DNA from: an uncultured Bacilli bacterium | GTDB lineage: Bacteria; Bacillota_I; Bacilli_A; ML615J-28; CAG-313 | Length of the DNA: 52,198 bases | Direction of reading: 5' to 3' | NCBI GenBank assembly: GCA_947627685.1 | Contig: CANQWZ010000001.1 | Location: 1-52,198, forward strand | Shown: positions 49,201 through 52,198 of the stretch, piece after piece | Numbering within the stretch: the first letter of the stretch is position 1 | Layout of the letters: each line of letters begins with the position of its first letter | Notes under the pieces: generated by a model | What the model saw: only the letters and a program-made list of their open reading frames with translations | Database searches by the model: none | Told to the model about the DNA's origin: nothing | Position numbers and translations under genes: made by a program

Positions 49201-49361
49201 TAGAAGGTTGCACAGTTAAACTAGTTACAACCGGCCTTGAAAGCTTATGTATGGGTACATCAAAAGAAGGTCTTCTTGGAAATATCGTAGATAACACAGC
49301 TCAACCTGCTGATGAAAATATTACTACTTATGAAGGTTTTAAAGCAGAACTTGTAGCATAA
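46266..49361 (+). CDS. large secreted protein: SipW-type signal plus TasA-like N-domain fused to three GLUG-motif beta-helix modules
   Basis: ..IVGATYALFTSESKNNVAITSGKVEV.. and NDYQNEACDIAIVVYAVQ form the TasA-like domain (aa ~1-200). Three modules each start ..F.G.FDG..HTI.NL and carry repeated GLFG/GG(I/L)VG motifs. Confidence 0.75.
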   Translation: MKTTKKILLGSILTILLCTSMIVGATYALFTSESKNNVAITSGKVEVVANVVKDSLKLYSGSFNEDLNDYEYVEQSGHFVNGGSASFSEDEKLQLNNIAPLDKVSFDIALTNNSTIAIKYQVQLLIENDTKLFGALKVTLEGLKLVNNGKTNISKWSDSVMAGQKIDNLKVTIELPEGIKNDYQNEACDIAIVVYAVQSNAHTTNPVETDLETAKEVYIYNEDELIAFRDQVNSGDNFKNKTVYLMNDLNLVNVANWEPIAKSGAEFNGTFDGKDFTIYNLTVNKENEDCAGLFGFTTSAKFQNIRFSNVDLTSRYYAGALGGNLYTSSIENVHVENIKIHTSHWLGGIVGSMYGNITNCTVKALEGVCLPNKPDGASYDNGDKAGGIIGQLQDSGRYKIENCKVEDSTISAYRDLGGLVGCGTGSAKTYKNNVIKNVTLTIDRTNDYGNKEFNVGAVVGRNDSSYNQDDVFEKNEEENVTINYVNCDFAKNHDEWIVSSAKTLKTFASLVNSGTTFDREKVNLATNIDLENEVFVPIGNSEHPFKGSFDGKMHTIYNLVISGSYAENGWTTKENYGLFGATNGATISNLTVENANLSALSDSSSVGVVVGGAHVSKLDNVNIKGHVLVSGTSYVGGIVGKAYCNMESCHADVDETSLVTVNYQYGGGIIGFNGEGSYTISNCSSNMNLLATPLGYSGIGGIIGCVQYGTVVDSCTVFDITITISRIFNEEKDNEDNSGVGSIAGRYTHKDGDPVKVTIQNCTGKATIDSNCVYHHNGLVGVQKGYKEGTINEPGNLVLKNNTVIGVWNKVRYDENGKFYVDDSTSLVAFSEATNKGYFKKGEGRALNVFITKDINMQSVESFMPISAQWVNLDGQNHTISNLTCGMETTGKSGLFGYGGAAVIKDLTLENVTCKGSQAGAFMGHSADGGVLENCALKGSINIIYEQTSETYGGVGAFVGVSSTGNDYPKPSFTDLKILEGCTVKLVTTGLESLCMGTSKEGLLGNIVDNTAQPADENITTYEGFKAELVA

Positions 49362-49368
49362 AAATAAA

Positions 49369-49402
49369 AATAATAACTCTTAAAAACTTTTAAGAGTTAT
49401 TA
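49369..49402. terminator. bidirectional terminator
   Basis: TAATAACTCTTAAAA / TTTTAAGAGTTATTA long AT-rich hairpin between convergent genes. Confidence 0.65.
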
Positions 49403-51304
49403 TTTTTTAGTAGATTCTAGTTTATTTTGATCATTATTTAGAATGGCATCTACTAAAACATTTAATATTTTATTAGCCGGGATATCTTTATAATTATCAA
49501 TGTGAAGACCATATTTTTTTATTATTTTATCTAAATGACTAGTATTTTCTTTTCTTACTATTTTCTTAAGCTTGTTAGTGGGGTTTTTAGCATAACTATT
49601 AATAAAGCCAGCTTGATGGGAATCAAAATCATAATTTGCTACGATAAATAAGCAATTAATTAAATAAATTTTACGATCTTTATTATCTAAAAAAAAGGGC
49701 TTTTGAAAAATCATATTAAAGAAATTTTGAATACTTTGATGAGCATGATTAAAGTTTTTTAAATAAACTAAACTCATAGGATATTTTATCAAATGTTCTG
49801 ATAATATACCACCTTGTTCAAAACCAACATAACCTTTAGAAGAACCTATTAAATTATTTAACATAGTCATATCATGATAATTTGCCAAATCAATTTCTAA
49901 ATACATCTCATGTTTAAAACCAAAAACCTTAGTTAAATCTGCCATTAAATCATTACTATTAAAGTCATTTTCGACTAAAATTAAGCCCATATTATTAAGA
50001 GTGGGGTTTAATTCATAACGCTTTATAAAAGTTAGATAGTTAGCCTTTAGCATAGGATAATTAAGCTTTAAAGCCTTCAAATTTTTGAGCGATATCTTTT
50101 TAATACCAGTAGTATCTTCAATAACTTCATCAATTAATTTATCAACGCTTTTATGACAAGTTTTATGCCTTGCGCCAACCTCATCTAAAATATCAATGGC
50201 TTTATCGGGGAAATTTTTATTAACTAAGTAGAATTTAGCATCTTGAATTATTTTCTTTAAATTATTTTTACTATATTTAATTTGATGATACTCTTCATAA
50301 CTTGCTTTAATACCTTCTAAGATTTTATATGTTTCATATTCATTAGGTTCATCAATATAAACATTTTGAAATCTTCTAGTTAAGGCTTTATCTTTTTCAA
50401 TAAAACGATAATACTCATCTAAAGTAGTAGAACCAATTAGTTTAATATCGGATCTTGAAAGGTAAGGTTTTAAAATATTAGCAATATCTAAAGAGCCATC
50501 ATTGGATCCTGCCCCAACAATATTATGAATTTCATCAATAAAAATAATGGCCTTTTCTTTTTTTACATATTCCATAGCTTTAGTAATTTTTTCTTCAAGT
50601 TCACCTCGATATTTAGTACCTGATACGATACTACCTAAATCAAGTTGATAAATGGTTTCATCTTTTAATATTTCTGATAAGCCTTCAATAATGGCGGTTT
50701 TTCCTACCCCCGCATTTCCTACTAGTAAGGGATTATTCTTTTGTTTTTTAGATAAAATATAGATAATTTTTTCAATATAATTACTACGTTTAATGAAAGG
50801 ATGAACTTTTTTTGCTTTAGATAAGTTAGTTAGAAAAGGATAAGGCACAGTGGTAGTGTTTTCTTTATCTTCAAAAAAATTAAAGATTTCTTCAATATCA
50901 ATCATTAAATCTTCTTTATCTAAACCTAATTTTTCAATAATGATGCTTGCTACACTATCTTCCTCTTTTAACATGACATAAAAGATATGTTCATCATAGA
51001 CGTATTTACTGCCTAAATCTTTAGCTAAAGTTTCTGAAAATAAAATAATTTCTTGAAATTTCATACTATAAGTAAGATTTTTATTATCACTTTTGCGAAA
51101 AATAACTAGATTATTAATAATATTTAAAATATCATCATAAGTAATATTTTTTTCTTCAAGTAAAAAATGACAAATAGTATCTTTCTTTTTATACATTGCA
51201 AGTAACAAATGCTCGCTGCCAACAAGTTTTTTATTCAAGCTTTTAGCAATTTGTAAAGCTTCATCAATGATTTCAAGTGCATTTGTACTGAAAGTTTCAA
51301 ACAT
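49400..51304 (-). CDS. ClpC/ClpB-like Hsp100 protein: Clp_N repeats, intact AAA+ D1, degenerate D2
   Basis: Clp_N (LVGSEHLLLAM). D1 Walker A GNAGVGKT, Walker B IIFIDEIH, RRFQ. D2-like region keeps GYVGFEQGG but has ENDFNSND in place of GPTGVGKT and YLKNFN in place of LLDEIE. ATG 51304 lies 5 nt after SD GAGGAGG. Confidence 0.8.
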   Translation of the reverse strand: MFETFSTNALEIIDEALQIAKSLNKKLVGSEHLLLAMYKKKDTICHFLLEEKNITYDDILNIINNLVIFRKSDNKNLTYSMKFQEIILFSETLAKDLGSKYVYDEHIFYVMLKEEDSVASIIIEKLGLDKEDLMIDIEEIFNFFEDKENTTTVPYPFLTNLSKAKKVHPFIKRSNYIEKIIYILSKKQKNNPLLVGNAGVGKTAIIEGLSEILKDETIYQLDLGSIVSGTKYRGELEEKITKAMEYVKKEKAIIFIDEIHNIVGAGSNDGSLDIANILKPYLSRSDIKLIGSTTLDEYYRFIEKDKALTRRFQNVYIDEPNEYETYKILEGIKASYEEYHQIKYSKNNLKKIIQDAKFYLVNKNFPDKAIDILDEVGARHKTCHKSVDKLIDEVIEDTTGIKKISLKNLKALKLNYPMLKANYLTFIKRYELNPTLNNMGLILVENDFNSNDLMADLTKVFGFKHEMYLEIDLANYHDMTMLNNLIGSSKGYVGFEQGGILSEHLIKYPMSLVYLKNFNHAHQSIQNFFNMIFQKPFFLDNKDRKIYLINCLFIVANYDFDSHQAGFINSYAKNPTNKLKKIVRKENTSHLDKIIKKYGLHIDNYKDIPANKILNVLVDAILNNDQNKLESTKK

Positions 51305-51481
51305 GTATTCCTCCTCATAATTCAATTACGTACACGCTATTATATGCAAAGATTTAAAAAGATAGACGATTTATCAATTAGTTTAGATGTTGTTATTATG
51401 ATGATTTTTGGCAAATAATTAATTAGGTTTTATCAAAACATTTTAGAAAAAAAATAACTTTAAGTAAGAATATCAAACAAA

Positions 51482-51510
51482 TTGACAATCGTTAATTATT
51501 TTGATATTCT
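51482..51510 (+). promoter_or_regulatory. candidate promoter of hflX
   Basis: TTGACA (51482-51487), 17-nt spacer, TGa-TATTCT. Confidence 0.4.
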
Positions 51511-51536
51511 ATATATATATTCTTGAGGTGATGCTT

Positions 51537-52198
51537 ATGCAAGAAGAAACACAAAAAGTTAAGGCTATCATTGTAGGTATTAATGATACCACTGATGAAC
51601 TTTTTAATTATGAATTGCAAGAGTTAGTAGCTTTATGTGAGGCCTGTAATATTGAGGTTATTGATGAATTTTATCAAAAATTAACGAGCTTTAATAGTGC
51701 TACTTATCTTGGCAAAGGTAAATTACAAGAATTAAAGCAATTAAAAGATACATATAAAATTGAATTAATCGTTTTTTTAGATGAACTAACGCCAGTGCAA
51801 TTACGTAATATTAGTGACGTCTTAGAAGTTGAAATAATTGATAGAACAATGTTAATTTTAGAAATCTTTCAAAAACGCGCGAAGACTAAAGAAGCCATTT
51901 TACAAGTGGAAATTGCTAACCTTAAATATATGTTACCAAGATTAGTTGGTTCATATACCCATCTATCTAGAATAGGCGGGGGCGGCGGTGGAAGTGGCGG
52001 CGCAAGAAGAGGAAGCGGTGAAACTAAACTAGAAGAAGATCGTAGACATATTGAAAGACGCATTAATAAATTATCAGACGAATTAGAAAAAATCGTTGTA
52101 AGCCGTAAAAATGCCCGTAAATTGCGAAATCAAAACGAAATTAAAACCGTTGCCTTTGTTGGATATACTAATGCGGGAAAATCATCAACGATTAATAC
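51537..52198 (+). CDS. hflX: GTPase HflX, 3'-truncated by the window end
   Basis: Open frame to the window edge. DRTMLILEIFQKRAKTKEAILQVEIANLKYMLPRL, GSGETKLEEDRR, and the start of the G1 motif VGYTNAGKSST. SD GAGGTG. Confidence 0.9.
   Translation, partial: MQEETQKVKAIIVGINDTTDELFNYELQELVALCEACNIEVIDEFYQKLTSFNSATYLGKGKLQELKQLKDTYKIELIVFLDELTPVQLRNISDVLEVEIIDRTMLILEIFQKRAKTKEAILQVEIANLKYMLPRLVGSYTHLSRIGGGGGGSGGARRGSGETKLEEDRRHIERRINKLSDELEKIVVSRKNARKLRNQNEIKTVAFVGYTNAGKSSTIN

Noticed and set aside
51305-51536. CtsR operator, or a structured ncRNA, in the 230-bp divergent region between the clpC-like gene and hflX.
   Set aside because: No GGTCAAA-type direct repeat occurs on either strand. 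The region reads as plain AT-rich promoter DNA without convincing stems.
51869-52063. Pro-rich 64-aa antisense ORF and a local GC-rich patch.
   Set aside because: It is the reverse complement of the Gly-run codons (GGGGGGSGGARRGSGE) in the conserved HflX loop. The sense frame is unambiguous.
1-52198. Mycoplasma/Spiroplasma genetic code (TGA = Trp), given the Mollicutes-like composition.
   Set aside because: Conserved genes are full length under the standard code. TGA terminates rsuA at 33695-33697 exactly at the expected protein end, and the Trp positions I checked are TGG.

Overview
AT-rich window (about 30% G+C by eye, not computed) from a low-GC Bacillota-type chromosome with an Erysipelotrichia or Mollicutes-like flavour. 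It uses the standard genetic code: TGA acts as a stop (for example the ATGA overlap at 33694-33697), and the Trp positions I checked are TGG. I call one partial tRNA-Gln and about 37 protein genes, most with extended -10 promoters (TGnTATAAT) and clear hairpin/T-run terminators. The backbone is housekeeping: glyA, trkA/trkH, aspA-dppA, rpmE, an ABC-F ATPase, M29 and M18 aminopeptidases, tspO, two RsuA-family pseudouridine synthases, yidD, ytfI/ytfJ, rlmI-like, an alanine:Na+ symporter, threonine aldolase, dusB and hflX. I saw no transposase, integrase, CRISPR array, rRNA or recognisable defence genes.

Observations worth a second look, in rough order of interest:
1. A monocistronic 12.5-kb ORF (12617-25114, 4165 aa). 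It has a CvpA-like multi-pass membrane anchor followed by about 3900 aa of acidic, helical-looking repeats in a strict ~560-nt register. I cannot assign it to any characterised family.
2. A sipW-centred operon (44418-49361) with three TasA/camelysin-fold paralogues, one fused to three GLUG-type beta-helix modules.
3. A ClpC-like Hsp100 whose second AAA+ module has lost both Walker motifs.
4. A murA gene interrupted by one in-frame TAA, and an HI0933-type flavoprotein gene frameshifted in an A6 tract.
5. A triplicated ~100-bp unit, each copy carrying an intrinsic terminator, directly after the tRNA.

All family assignments come from reading the translations by eye. No database search was run.
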